DNA of 48,579 nucleotides, from NCBI GenBank assembly GCA_949289125.1, contig CASEME010000017.1, positions 1 to 48,579 on the forward strand, written 5' to 3'. The position numbers and the translations under genes were made by a program. The notes below the pieces were generated by a model. That model saw only the letters and a list, made by a program, of their open reading frames with translations, did no database searches and had not been told where the DNA came from. Below, piece after piece: positions 29,530 through 41,126 of this stretch (positions within the stretch are counted from its first letter, which is position 1; each line of letters opens with the position of its first letter). This stretch comes from an uncultured Eubacteriales bacterium (lineage in GTDB: Bacteria > Bacillota > Clostridia > Christensenellales > CAG-314).

Positions 29530-29932
29530 GCAGTCAATAAATCACTGTACACAACTATATTGGAGACAATATAGCTCCAATCAAAACGGCTTGGCAGCGA
29601 TGTGTGACAGCAAGACAAGATAGTTGCAAGACAACATAGAGCAGTTGCCTTATCCGTACAGCGTGGTATTGTCGTTGCGTTACATACAATGTATGCGCTT
29701 TGAACGTATAGCACTGAAAATGGGGTATTCATATCGTAGTATTACCCGAATACATAATCGTGCGTTGCTTATGTACTCACAAAATTTTATTGTTGGCAAG
29801 TAAAGTTGTCCTAAAATGTCCTATTTACCTATGCTATAATGCTATTGTCAAAGAATATCAAAGGGGGCGACCACGACAGTAGCGGTTGTCCCTTGTTTAA
29901 TATTGACAGTATAGCAGCAAGGTGGTAAAATA

Positions 29933-30976
29933 ATGGCAGAGGATAAATACAACGGCACAACGGGTGGAAAAAATTCTAACTTTGACGAAAGCAAGCACCC
30001 AAGAGATAAAGACGGCAAGTTTACTGACAAGGGGGCGGGCAGTAGTCATTTAGTACGAGCGGTATATAAAAGTCAAGGTAAAGAGTTACCCAAAGACGCA
30101 ACAGCATTGCAAGCGTTGAAAGAGTTGGAAGAAAAGGACGTCGACCCGAGCTATGCTTACAAAAAAGCATTAGAAAATAATGTAAAAAAAGAAAAAGAGG
30201 GTAAAATTGCTATTGACACGCCCGAAGCGAAAGCGGTTTACGATAAAATATCCAAAGGCAATTACTATTCGTTAGAGGAGCTTGACAAGTTGCCTATCTT
30301 TCAAGAGATTGAAAAGGAAATAGTAAAGGCACGAGAAAGAAACGGCAAAAGACTTGGTGTCGAGAGTGGTTATACATACAAATTGGCAACACCGACAAGG
30401 GAAAAACAAAGAGCGGAGTGGGTAGAAAACTTTTTGCAAGGTAAGGGCGTTGATACTTTACCCAAAACACCATTGCAAAAAGGTTACAAAATGACAGTTG
30501 TAGTTGGTTTGCCTGCTTCTGGAAAGTCCACAACAATAGCGACACCATTGAGCGAAGAACAAGGAGCGTTCATATTCGATAGTGATGAAATGAAAAAGCT
30601 CATAGATGGTTTTGACGGTGGCAAAAATGCGGACGGTGTTCATGATGAAAGCAAAGAACTGCTTGAAAAAGCACAAGAACAATTTATTAACGGCAAAATG
30701 AAAGGTACTAATCTTGTTTACCCTATTATAGGCGACAATAGCGCAAAGACGATTAAGAAATTGCAGCCTTTCATTGACGCAGGATACAATATTGAAATCG
30801 CTTATAAAAAAGCTGAAACAACGGAAAGTATAAACAGGGTACTTGGCAGAGCAATTAAGACAGGTAGATTTATACCCAAAAATGTAGTGATGAAATATAG
30901 CAACGAAGCGATAGAAAAAGCATATAATGAAATGCTAAAACAAGGCATAAAGCGTTCAAAATATAGCGAAAAATAG
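29933..30976 (+). CDS. P-loop kinase of the zeta-toxin / AAA_33 (polynucleotide-kinase-like) superfamily with a 190-aa Lys/Gly-rich N-terminal extension
   Basis: Walker A VVVGLPASGKST, DSDE Walker-B-like, RVLGRAIKTGR. AAGGTGG RBS. An alternative TTGACA-17-TAAAAT promoter would make the transcript leaderless. Confidence 0.55.
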   Translation: MAEDKYNGTTGGKNSNFDESKHPRDKDGKFTDKGAGSSHLVRAVYKSQGKELPKDATALQALKELEEKDVDPSYAYKKALENNVKKEKEGKIAIDTPEAKAVYDKISKGNYYSLEELDKLPIFQEIEKEIVKARERNGKRLGVESGYTYKLATPTREKQRAEWVENFLQGKGVDTLPKTPLQKGYKMTVVVGLPASGKSTTIATPLSEEQGAFIFDSDEMKKLIDGFDGGKNADGVHDESKELLEKAQEQFINGKMKGTNLVYPIIGDNSAKTIKKLQPFIDAGYNIEIAYKKAETTESINRVLGRAIKTGRFIPKNVVMKYSNEAIEKAYNEMLKQGIKRSKYSEK

Positions 30977-30988
30977 GAGGAAAATTAT

Positions 30989-31231
30989 ATGACGCATTCT
31001 GAAAAGGTACTAATACATAAAGAGAAGGTTTTATCGCAACTTGCAGAATTGTGTAGAAAATACGGTATTGTTAGTAAACCGGAACATTTGCTCACAACCG
31101 GTATGTTGTTGAATTTTGATGAGGACGGAAATTTTGAACAGTATGCAATAGAAGATTTTGAAAAAGGCAAAAAGTGGGCGTTTGGTGATAAGGCAAAAGA
31201 GGAGTGCTGGGCTTCGCATTTAGGCGATTGA
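30989..31231 (+). CDS. 80-aa hypothetical protein co-transcribed with the kinase (candidate antitoxin/immunity partner)
   Basis: AGGAGG RBS 7 nt upstream. 12-nt gap after the kinase stop. Terminator immediately downstream. Confidence 0.45.
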   Translation: MTHSEKVLIHKEKVLSQLAELCRKYGIVSKPEHLLTTGMLLNFDEDGNFEQYAIEDFEKGKKWAFGDKAKEECWASHLGD

Positions 31232-31250
31232 ATTTAATAACAAAATAATG

Positions 31251-31278
31251 TAAGGCAGTTTAACAACTGCCTTTTCTT
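31251..31278 (+). terminator. Intrinsic terminator ending the kinase cassette
   Basis: aaggcagtttaacaactgcctttt. Confidence 0.8.
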
Positions 31279-31424
31279 ATACCCTTTTGTAGGGTAACAA
31301 CTTAATACAAACAACAGTAAGGACAGCCCGATTATTCGGAGCCGTCCTTTTTTAATGCAAAAATTTAACAAGGGGGTGGCGGACAATGGCACAACTCAGA
31401 AGTGGTGCGACAATAGTGTAACTA

Positions 31425-31463
31425 AAAAGATTGCCGCCTTAAACAAGGCGGCAATCAGTTTTT
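31425..31463. terminator. Bidirectional terminator downstream of the minus-strand lipoprotein gene
   Basis: gattgccgcc ttaaacaa ggcggcaatc with A-run before and T-run after. Confidence 0.8.
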
Positions 31464-31517
31464 ACGGAATTATTTTGTAAATATTTTTGATTGGTTAACA
31501 GTTGTGTTGATTGATGA

Positions 31518-32687
31518 TTAACCGATAGTCCACATTTGTGTTACTTTAAGTACAAATCTTACGTAAGTAACGCCTTCGGGAAGAGTTTTGTTATCTCCTA
31601 CAGGCGAATTGTTGCTCATCATAGATTGTTGTCTGTCGAGTTCGAGTACCAATCTGCAATCGAAGTTACGTGTGCCTGCACCCATCTTGTCACTGCTTGT
31701 AGGATTGTATTCATATACAACCAACAATGCTTTGTCTGTTGCAAGCAAGTTGTGTACTGTATCTTTTACTGTTACTGTTGCGGATACATAGTAAGCACCG
31801 TCTTTTTCGGTAATTGAGCCCATACCGTAGATAGCAGCGGTCATATTGCCTTCAGCATCCTGAGTAATCAAAGTTTTGCTGGACAAAGAGTTGCCATTCA
31901 TAGAGATGGAGTAATCTTTGCCGTCATTGGGGAATTCAGCACGTATGTACTTAGCGTTGGGAAGTGCAGCTGCTTCTTGAAGCGTTTTTGCTGTTACGCC
32001 TTCCTGAGCTTGCTTAGCCTCTACCCATGTTACAGAGTAGTAGTACTTCATAGCAAAACGCTTAGCCATATATTCGTATGTTTGATAACTACCGGCACCG
32101 GGGTAATAGTCACTGTCTGGTCCGCTTGCGCCTGTTACTACGTCAACGTCTTCGGGAGCAACTTCGCCTTCAGCCTCGTAGATAGGTGCATTGGGATCTT
32201 CATAAGCGTGTACGGATATGCCTGCAGCCTCACATTGTTTGAGGAACAAGTCTTCGCCTTGGTCTGTTGTGAAACCGCTACCGCCTTCCTGAACAGGCAA
32301 TTTGCCGTTAAGTGCATTTTGTACTGCTTCTACCATGAGGTTGGAAGATATAGTTGCGCCTGTTACCACATTTTCAAGTGTGTTGGAATTCTCGTCGTAA
32401 CTTACTTTCAATGCTTTTACTTCTTCAACTGTCTTGCCTACAAGAGTGTCTGCAAAAGCCTGCGCGCCTGCTTTGAATGTGTCTGTAAAACTTGCCGTAG
32501 AACCTGCATTGTCTGCGTCAACAATTTCTATCTTTGTCAACTTATTGTTGCTTACGGTAACCTTTACCTCTACACTTATCAAAGTGTCGTGATATGTTGT
32601 TTGTGCTTGTCCGACATAAATATAATTGTCGGAAGAATTACATGCTGCCAACAATGTGACGGTGGTAAATGCTAATGCCAACGTCAA
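31518..32687 (-). CDS. FMN-binding-domain lipoprotein (PplA-like extracellular flavoprotein candidate). The natural start appears frameshifted in a homopolymer, see findings.
   Basis: Lipobox LLAAC. FMN_bind-like region ending ENVVTGATISSNLMVEAVQNAL. ATG at 32719 with AAGGAGA RBS lies in the -1 frame. Confidence 0.6.
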   Translation of the reverse strand: MTLALAFTTVTLLAACNSSDNYIYVGQAQTTYHDTLISVEVKVTVSNNKLTKIEIVDADNAGSTASFTDTFKAGAQAFADTLVGKTVEEVKALKVSYDENSNTLENVVTGATISSNLMVEAVQNALNGKLPVQEGGSGFTTDQGEDLFLKQCEAAGISVHAYEDPNAPIYEAEGEVAPEDVDVVTGASGPDSDYYPGAGSYQTYEYMAKRFAMKYYYSVTWVEAKQAQEGVTAKTLQEAAALPNAKYIRAEFPNDGKDYSISMNGNSLSSKTLITQDAEGNMTAAIYGMGSITEKDGAYYVSATVTVKDTVHNLLATDKALLVVYEYNPTSSDKMGAGTRNFDCRLVLELDRQQSMMSNNSPVGDNKTLPEGVTYVRFVLKVTQMWTIG

Positions 32688-32839
32688 TACTACGGCAACA
32701 ATTTTAGAGATTTTTTCATAATACTATTCTCCTTAACTAATTCCGTAATTATATTATGACAGCTTGGACAACTAAAGTCAAGGCAACGTAAAACTGAACG
32801 CCTATACACTTTTGTTTGATTGCCTATAAATTTTAATTA

Positions 32840-33859
32840 TTATATATTGCTATCGCCGTTGATTTCATTATTGGCTTGACTATTGACATTGGTGTTTGCG
32901 GTATCAGTGGTGTTGTTTGTTGGCAAACTTATATTGTCTGGCGGTGTATTTTTGTTACTTTTCTTGCGTCTGTTAATTTTGAGACTACTGCCCAACGAGT
33001 CGGTAACATCGTTGATAACAATAAATGCTTGACTATCTGCCTCAATAACAGCCTCTTTCATTTTGTTTACCTCAAAGCGGTTGACAACGCAGTACAACAC
33101 TGTTTTGTCTGATTTGGAATAATAGCCTTGCGCTTCCATCACCGTGACGCCTCTGCCAAACATAGAAGACAAAGTGTCTGCGACAATTTCGCCTTTGTCT
33201 GTTATTATAAATGCCGACTTTGCTTTGTCGAGACCGTCAATAATAAAGTCTACCGCTTTAAGACCTACTGTGTAGGCAACTACCGAATACAACGCGGCTG
33301 CCCAATTACCCGTCACAATGCCTGTAGCAACGTATAGCAACACGTTGTACGACATTACAAAAGAACCTACAGTCATACTTAGGCGCTTGGCAAATATTAC
33401 TGCCATTACTTCTATGCCGTCTATTGCTCCGCCAAAACGTATAGTCATACCGCTGCCTATACCCGAAATAACGCCTCCGAATAGCGCACAAAGCAACATA
33501 TCTTGTCCTGCTATGGGCGAGCCGTTGGAAAAGTCTATGCCAAATACGTCTTGAAAAAGGAAGGCAAAGATAGAATATATACCTATCGTATATATAGAAT
33601 ACAGTACAAAGGACGCCCCCAACTTTTTGTAGCCGAATATAAAAAAGGGAAAGTTGATTGCCACCAAAAAGATACTCATATTGATAGGCGTCAGTTCGGA
33701 CAAAAATAGCGATGTCCCCGAAAAACCGCCGTCATACAACTGAGTGGGTGCAAGAAACAGTGTTACGCCTACCGAATTTATAATGCCTGCCAAAGTGAGA
33801 AACAAAAAATTGATAGGACGTACCAAAGGTTGACGTTTTGTAAGTGTTTTTTGTGTCAT
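32840..33859 (-). CDS. YitT-family (DUF161/DUF2179) membrane protein
   Basis: Multi-TM N-terminal region plus C-terminal DUF2179-like domain. AAAGGAGA RBS at the internal Met. Confidence 0.75.
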   Translation of the reverse strand: MTQKTLTKRQPLVRPINFLFLTLAGIINSVGVTLFLAPTQLYDGGFSGTSLFLSELTPINMSIFLVAINFPFFIFGYKKLGASFVLYSIYTIGIYSIFAFLFQDVFGIDFSNGSPIAGQDMLLCALFGGVISGIGSGMTIRFGGAIDGIEVMAVIFAKRLSMTVGSFVMSYNVLLYVATGIVTGNWAAALYSVVAYTVGLKAVDFIIDGLDKAKSAFIITDKGEIVADTLSSMFGRGVTVMEAQGYYSKSDKTVLYCVVNRFEVNKMKEAVIEADSQAFIVINDVTDSLGSSLKINRRKKSNKNTPPDNISLPTNNTTDTANTNVNSQANNEINGDSNI

Positions 33860-34036
33860 ATTGTCTCCTTTTAAACTTTTGCCAAGCGAGATTAAAAGTA
33901 GCACAAATAGTGCAACAGTGTTTTATCGCTAAGACATCGAATAATACAAAAACACTACGATGCAATCAAATACCCTTATACATCGTAGTGTTGAAAATAA
34001 CAGTTTGGTGTAAAAGCCGTCTGCAACAAATAATTT

Positions 34037-34681
34037 TTACTTTTTGCTTGTAGTCGGTTTGTCATCCGCAGAGGGCTGTTGCTCCTGCGGTAGTTGTTTG
34101 TACAAGTCTACAATAATGTCTGCACATTTTTCTATGCCTATTACGCCGCTGTCCAAAGCTACGTGATAATTTTGCACTTTGCCCCATTGCATATCGGTAT
34201 AAAATTCGTAATATGCGGTACGACGTTTGTCTTTGTCTTTAAGACGTTTTTCGGGGGAGTTTTCCGTTTCGCCATACACTTTGACAATACGTTCGGCACG
34301 GCTTTGCATAGATGCGTGTATAAATACTGTTAGCAAGTCTTCAGTATCTCTCAGTATATAGTCTGCACAACGTCCTACAATGACGCACGGACCTTTTGCG
34401 GCAATATCAAGTATTATTTTGCGCTGTATTATCCACAGATAGTCTTGGTTAGATACGCCGTTGATTGTTCTGCCCGAAAACACGTTGGACAGCCAAGACG
34501 AATGCGGTGTGTATTCGCTGTGTTCTTGCACATATTCGTGGGTAAAACCGCTTTCTTCGGCAAGTTTTTCAATAAGTTCTTGGTCGTAGCACGGTATGCC
34601 CAACTTTTGTGCTACCAACTTACCTACGGTACGACCGCCGCTACCAAACTCACGGCTTATTGTTACTATTTTATTTTTCAT
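34037..34681 (-). CDS. Cytidylate kinase-like family protein (P-loop)
   Basis: ISREFGSGG motif and size typical of the CMK-like family. Confidence 0.7.
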   Translation of the reverse strand: MKNKIVTISREFGSGGRTVGKLVAQKLGIPCYDQELIEKLAEESGFTHEYVQEHSEYTPHSSWLSNVFSGRTINGVSNQDYLWIIQRKIILDIAAKGPCVIVGRCADYILRDTEDLLTVFIHASMQSRAERIVKVYGETENSPEKRLKDKDKRRTAYYEFYTDMQWGKVQNYHVALDSGVIGIEKCADIIVDLYKQLPQEQQPSADDKPTTSKK

Positions 34682-34903
34682 ACCCTACCTCCTGAAGCAA
34701 TTTGTCATTTTAGCTTTGAGCTATATGCAAATTGCAACCACAGTTTTTACACCAATATAATAGCAAAATTTGCAAAAATAATCAATGTGTTTTGCAAAAA
34801 AGTAGGCAATCAGTTAAATTTTTTTTGATTGTACAACAGTCAAAAAAGGTATAAAAAGCTATTGCTTACTATTGTTGACAAACTGACAAAATGGTCGTAA
34901 AAT

Positions 34904-36232
34904 ATGCGGGTAAAAAATGAGTATGGTAGTGAAAAGGGTATGAAGACTGACAAACAACAAGCCGACAAACAGCAAAGTGCTTGTGAAGAACAAACAACAG
35001 CTAATGCCAATTTGCAGGCAGAACAGCAACAGCAAGATGGGGGCAGTCAATCAAATAATGTTAGCTCATCCAATGGCGGTAGCGTAGCAAAGGCAGGTCG
35101 CAATGCATGGCGCGAAAACAAAGTAGTTCACTTTGTGCGTGCACATTTGGTATTGTTTATCGCCATTGTGGTTGCGGCAATAACGTGCTTTTTTGTGCCC
35201 TTTGACCAACAGTATTTGGACTACTTCGATTGGGGTACGCTTACCTGTCTGTTTTGTACGCTTGCCGTTGTTGCGGCATTTAAGAATATACGCTTTTTTG
35301 TGTGGCTTGCCGACAAAATAGTGCGCAAGTTTGTATCGTTGCGCACGGTAGTAATAGCCTTGGTGTTTATCACCTATATAGGCTCTATGGTGATGGCAAA
35401 CGATATGGCACTTGTCACTTTTTTACCTCTTGGCTACTTTGTGCTCGAGTCGTGCAATCAAAAAAAGTACATGGCCTTTACCTTTATTATGCAAAATATT
35501 GCGGCAAACTTGGGCGGTATGTTAACACCGTTTGGAAATCCGCAAAACTTGTATTTATATTCCTATTTTGCCATTGACGCGGCAGAGTTTTTCAAAATAA
35601 TGGCTTTGCCCTTTGCAGCCGCATTTGTGCTGATATTGGGTGTATGTTTTTTTGTCAAACGTGAGCCCGTTGTTGTTACTACGCCCCGTCGCAGTACGCC
35701 TTCGTTGTGGCGTAGCATTGTGTATGGTCTGCTATTTGTTTTGTCCATACTGATAGTGTTTAGAGTATTTCCCTATTACTACGGATTGGCAGTAGTGTTT
35801 GTCGCGTTGCTGATATTAGACTACAAGGCTTTGTTGCACGTAGACTATGCGTTGCTGTTGACATTTTGTGCCTTTTTTGTGTTTTCGGGCAATATGTCAC
35901 GAATACCTGCCGTACAAAGTTTTCTTGGTGGGCTTATGGGTAAAGATCCGTTGCTGTTTGGAGTATTGTCCTGTCAGGTGATAAGCAACGTACCGTCGGC
36001 AGTATTGCTGTCGAGGTTTACCACCGATTACGCACGCTTGCTTGTGGCTGTCAATTTGGGCGGATTGGGTACGCCTATTGCTTCACTTGCAAGTCTTATC
36101 ACACTCAATAGCTACAACACTGTTATGCCCAACGACGGCAAACGATATATATTGCTGTTTTTGGCAATCAACTTTGCATTTCTGATTGTGTTGACTTTGG
36201 TTGGATATGCCAACTGTCTGTGGGTGTTGTAA
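34904..36232 (+). CDS. ArsB/NhaD-superfamily anion permease (citrate/arsenite transporter-like) with a Q-rich N-terminal extension. Start uncertain.
   Basis: TPFGNPQNL motif and about ten TM segments. Confidence 0.6.
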   Translation: MRVKNEYGSEKGMKTDKQQADKQQSACEEQTTANANLQAEQQQQDGGSQSNNVSSSNGGSVAKAGRNAWRENKVVHFVRAHLVLFIAIVVAAITCFFVPFDQQYLDYFDWGTLTCLFCTLAVVAAFKNIRFFVWLADKIVRKFVSLRTVVIALVFITYIGSMVMANDMALVTFLPLGYFVLESCNQKKYMAFTFIMQNIAANLGGMLTPFGNPQNLYLYSYFAIDAAEFFKIMALPFAAAFVLILGVCFFVKREPVVVTTPRRSTPSLWRSIVYGLLFVLSILIVFRVFPYYYGLAVVFVALLILDYKALLHVDYALLLTFCAFFVFSGNMSRIPAVQSFLGGLMGKDPLLFGVLSCQVISNVPSAVLLSRFTTDYARLLVAVNLGGLGTPIASLASLITLNSYNTVMPNDGKRYILLFLAINFAFLIVLTLVGYANCLWVL

Positions 36233-36352
36233 GTAGAGTTTTGCATACTTGTAGCGTAGTTGGTGTACTTAACTAAGCAGTTGGTTCAATCAAATATAGC
36301 ATTTGCAGTACAAAAGGGTACAGTGTAATTGTTGCGAGTGCTTGACAATTAA

Positions 36353-38038
<1,686 letters not shown>

Positions 38039-38157
38039 TTGTTTAACGACTATATTTTGTTGCAAAGCATATTTAACGACAAGTATTTGTTGTTTACAGC
38101 ATAACAGTATTACACTGTACAAGCTGTCAAATACGTTATGAGAATTTAATATTTCAT

Positions 38158-38197
38158 TCACCCGACAGGTAGTTTGCTACTTGTCGGGTGTTTCTTT
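38158..38197 (+). terminator. Intrinsic terminator after pyrG
   Basis: cccgacaggtagtttgctacttgtcggg plus T-run. Confidence 0.8.
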
Positions 38198-38440
38198 ATA
38201 CAGGGCAATTCAATTTTTAGTTGAATATTGAAAAATTTAGTTTAACCAATCATAGTGGACAAAAGTGTACTTTGTCGGGAAGAAAAAAAGTTTTTTTGCC
38301 AATTATTTGTACCTAATAAAGCAAATACAACTAAAAGTATAAAAATTCAACTGATTGTTGAGTGCAAAAGTAGTGCATTGACCATTGCAATGTGTTATCA
38401 TAACAACGTACTCAATATGTATTTGGGAGGTTTAATTTTA

Positions 38441-39292
38441 ATGGTCGATTATGGACAAATTATTGCAAGGTTGAGAAAGGAAAACAACCTCACTCAATCC
38501 GAACTGGGTGCAAAACTCAATGTTACCTGCCAAGCCGTAAGTAAGTGGGAAAACAATCAGTCGCAACCGGATTTTGGCACAATGGTGCAGATAGCAGATT
38601 TATTCAATGTTCCGCTGTCTATATTTAAGGACAACGGGGCAACGGACGCAACTGCGGCAACAACTGTTCAGCAGAGCAACCGCATAGATGAGATTGTCGG
38701 TTACTGCAAAGATTGTGGCAATGCGGTAACTGAAGACAATCTTGCTCAGCAACGCCCGGTGCTTTTGTGCAAAACGTGTATGGAACAGCGCAAAAAAGCT
38801 GAACAAGAAGCTGAAGCGCAACGTCAAGCCGAAGTGGAAAAAGCCAATAGAGAAGCAAAAGCGAAGCGCATTACACAATACAACAATGCTATGCATGCAA
38901 GAAACAAAGGTTTTATTTGGGGAAGTGTGGCCGCTGCTGTTGCACTTGCCGTTGCTATCTATCTGGCAACATTAGGCGAATTGCACATCTATATTAAGAT
39001 AGTACCCTTTGTTGCTGTTATAGGTTGGTTTACTTTTGTATCTCAGCTGTTTTGGGACGGATTTGTATTTGAGACAGTTTTGTTTGGTGGCAAAATAGTA
39101 GGTATGCCCGGTGTAATATTCTCATTGGATTTGGACGGAATTATTTTTCTTGTAGGCGCCAAAATATTGCTTGCTTTGCTCAAGATGCTTATATTTGTTG
39201 CTACATTTTTACTTGGTGTTGTAATTGCTTTTGTAGCAAGTTATTTCACTTTCATTCCGGCACTTCTGCGCGTCAACAGAGGCGAATTGTAA
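38441..39292 (+). CDS. XRE-family HTH regulator with central zinc-ribbon (CKDCGN...CKTC), coiled-coil and C-terminal transmembrane segments
   Basis: LTQSELGAKLNVTCQAVSKWE HTH. Start moved to the Met with GGGAGG RBS. Confidence 0.6.
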   Translation: MVDYGQIIARLRKENNLTQSELGAKLNVTCQAVSKWENNQSQPDFGTMVQIADLFNVPLSIFKDNGATDATAATTVQQSNRIDEIVGYCKDCGNAVTEDNLAQQRPVLLCKTCMEQRKKAEQEAEAQRQAEVEKANREAKAKRITQYNNAMHARNKGFIWGSVAAAVALAVAIYLATLGELHIYIKIVPFVAVIGWFTFVSQLFWDGFVFETVLFGGKIVGMPGVIFSLDLDGIIFLVGAKILLALLKMLIFVATFLLGVVIAFVASYFTFIPALLRVNRGEL

Positions 39293-39312
39293 AATTTTAG
39301 GGGGTTATTAGT

Positions 39313-40878
39313 ATGAAAAAATTGTTAGTAATTTTGTTTGTTGTATTGGCACTGTCTTTGTGCGGTGTTCTTGTTGCATGTGGTGAGCCCAACGATAGTA
39401 CAGGCGGCAACGACGATGACACGTTGTTGCAGTTTAGCGGCATTACTTTTGAAGATGGTACGTTTGTCAATACAGGGGCAGAACATTCTATTGAGGTACA
39501 GGGCACACTGCCTCAGGGAACTACGGTAAGTTATGTAGGCAACCATCAGACTCAGACGGGCGTGTACAATGTAACGGCAACTGTGCAAAACGAAAAGTAT
39601 CAAACATTAGTATTGCAAGCAAAGTTATATATTTATGACCTTGCAGATATATTGCAAGCAATGCACGAAGCACTCGCTATGCCACAACCTTGGTCATATT
39701 TGCCAGAGAGCCTTTACGAACAATCACTTGTGTATGACAGTTTGCCGTCCACAGACTTTACTACAAATGTATCTGTTGGCAATATAGGTAAGACATTTAT
39801 AGGTGTACAGCTCAATGTTGTGTACGAACTGATGCAAGGCGTACAAAGTGCACTCAATATGTCAAATGTAGTATTTGCCGCAGCTGATACAATCGCTACA
39901 ACATATCAGGCTTTTGTCAATAGCAATCCCAATTTGGAAGAAGCGTTTGAAGGAGAAATAACATTGCTCGGCGTCAAATTTTCTGCCCTTATGAAGATGG
40001 ACGGTACTGTATTTACTTTGCTTGCGGGCAATGGCACTGTCAATGTGGAACTACAAGCAGATATCGATAGTGGCACAAGAGAGGGTAGAATACAGGTTAC
40101 TGACGGCGTTGTGTTGAAATATGCGGCTACGGATAATAGTTTGCAACTTGCTGTGCAAACGACAGTAGGCGGTGTAGGATATGTAAGACAAGTGTTGTTT
40201 ACAAGAGATAGCCAAAGCGGTGACGTGGCAGGACATCTGTACGAATTTATGGGAGTTGGCACAACAGGACTTAAAACAAGTGCACTGATATACAGCAACA
40301 GCCAATATACCTATATTACCGCAAACAAGAGAGAGTCTGACGACTTGATTATCAATGCTTATCAGGAAGTATATCGTTCGTCTGACGGTCGTTTTGTAGG
40401 TGCGGAAGTGGCAGAAACAGTGGAACTTGTAGACTTTGACACAATCTGGGTGCCTCTATATGACATCAGCGGTATAGATAGCATCAAAGTCATAGTAGAC
40501 GAAAAAGAGGGCGAGCTGGTATATGTCAATGGTAGTAGTGAACAATTTGTGGCTGCAAAAGGTCTCAATTTGTCTCGCAAGTACGATATTGAACTCAAAC
40601 AAGTGTACTATGTGACAGCAGTACAGGACGGGGACAATGTTACTTACCAACGTCAACAGGCATATATACCTATGATGTTTGTGCAGAAAAAGTTCATCTC
40701 GTCTTTTACCGACGACGTCAATGGAAAAAACAGCTATATCAACGCAACTTTGCCTTTAACAACATTTATTACTCAGTATTTTGAATCTAATATGGATACA
40801 TACTTGCAGTTAAAAGAGGTTGTTACTCGTGACGAAGTACTCGCTTTTATTGGGCAAGCAAATTCCTTTTTTGACTGA
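39313..40878 (+). CDS. Lipoprotein of unknown function (521 aa)
   Basis: Signal peptide plus lipobox LVAC. Translationally adjacent to the HTH gene. Confidence 0.6.
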   Translation: MKKLLVILFVVLALSLCGVLVACGEPNDSTGGNDDDTLLQFSGITFEDGTFVNTGAEHSIEVQGTLPQGTTVSYVGNHQTQTGVYNVTATVQNEKYQTLVLQAKLYIYDLADILQAMHEALAMPQPWSYLPESLYEQSLVYDSLPSTDFTTNVSVGNIGKTFIGVQLNVVYELMQGVQSALNMSNVVFAAADTIATTYQAFVNSNPNLEEAFEGEITLLGVKFSALMKMDGTVFTLLAGNGTVNVELQADIDSGTREGRIQVTDGVVLKYAATDNSLQLAVQTTVGGVGYVRQVLFTRDSQSGDVAGHLYEFMGVGTTGLKTSALIYSNSQYTYITANKRESDDLIINAYQEVYRSSDGRFVGAEVAETVELVDFDTIWVPLYDISGIDSIKVIVDEKEGELVYVNGSSEQFVAAKGLNLSRKYDIELKQVYYVTAVQDGDNVTYQRQQAYIPMMFVQKKFISSFTDDVNGKNSYINATLPLTTFITQYFESNMDTYLQLKEVVTRDEVLAFIGQANSFFD

Positions 40879-40908
40879 TAGTCTTGAGATTTAATTTTAT
40901 AGTTTATT

Positions 40909-40948
40909 GCAACTGACTTGGTGTAACCGCCAAGTCAGTTTTGCTTTT
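40909..40948 (+). terminator. Intrinsic terminator
   Basis: aactgacttggtgtaaccgccaagtcagtt plus T-run. Confidence 0.8.
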
Positions 40949-41126
40949 GGTGTAGGGTTAGTCAAGTGGTAAACGCTTAGTGCAGCGTTGTATTTGGTTG
41001 TAACTGAAATTTGGGTTTTAATCTCGATATATCTGTACGTTAGCTTGCAATTTTTGTTTTGGGTATTGACTTGTAATAACAAAAAATGATAAAATACTTA
41101 AAGTAATTATTAAAGGACATTGTTGT

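Noticed and set aside
29475-29732. 85-aa minus-strand ORF downstream of malK
   Set aside because: It starts inside the malK terminator hairpin, has no SD and its composition matches the intergenic region.
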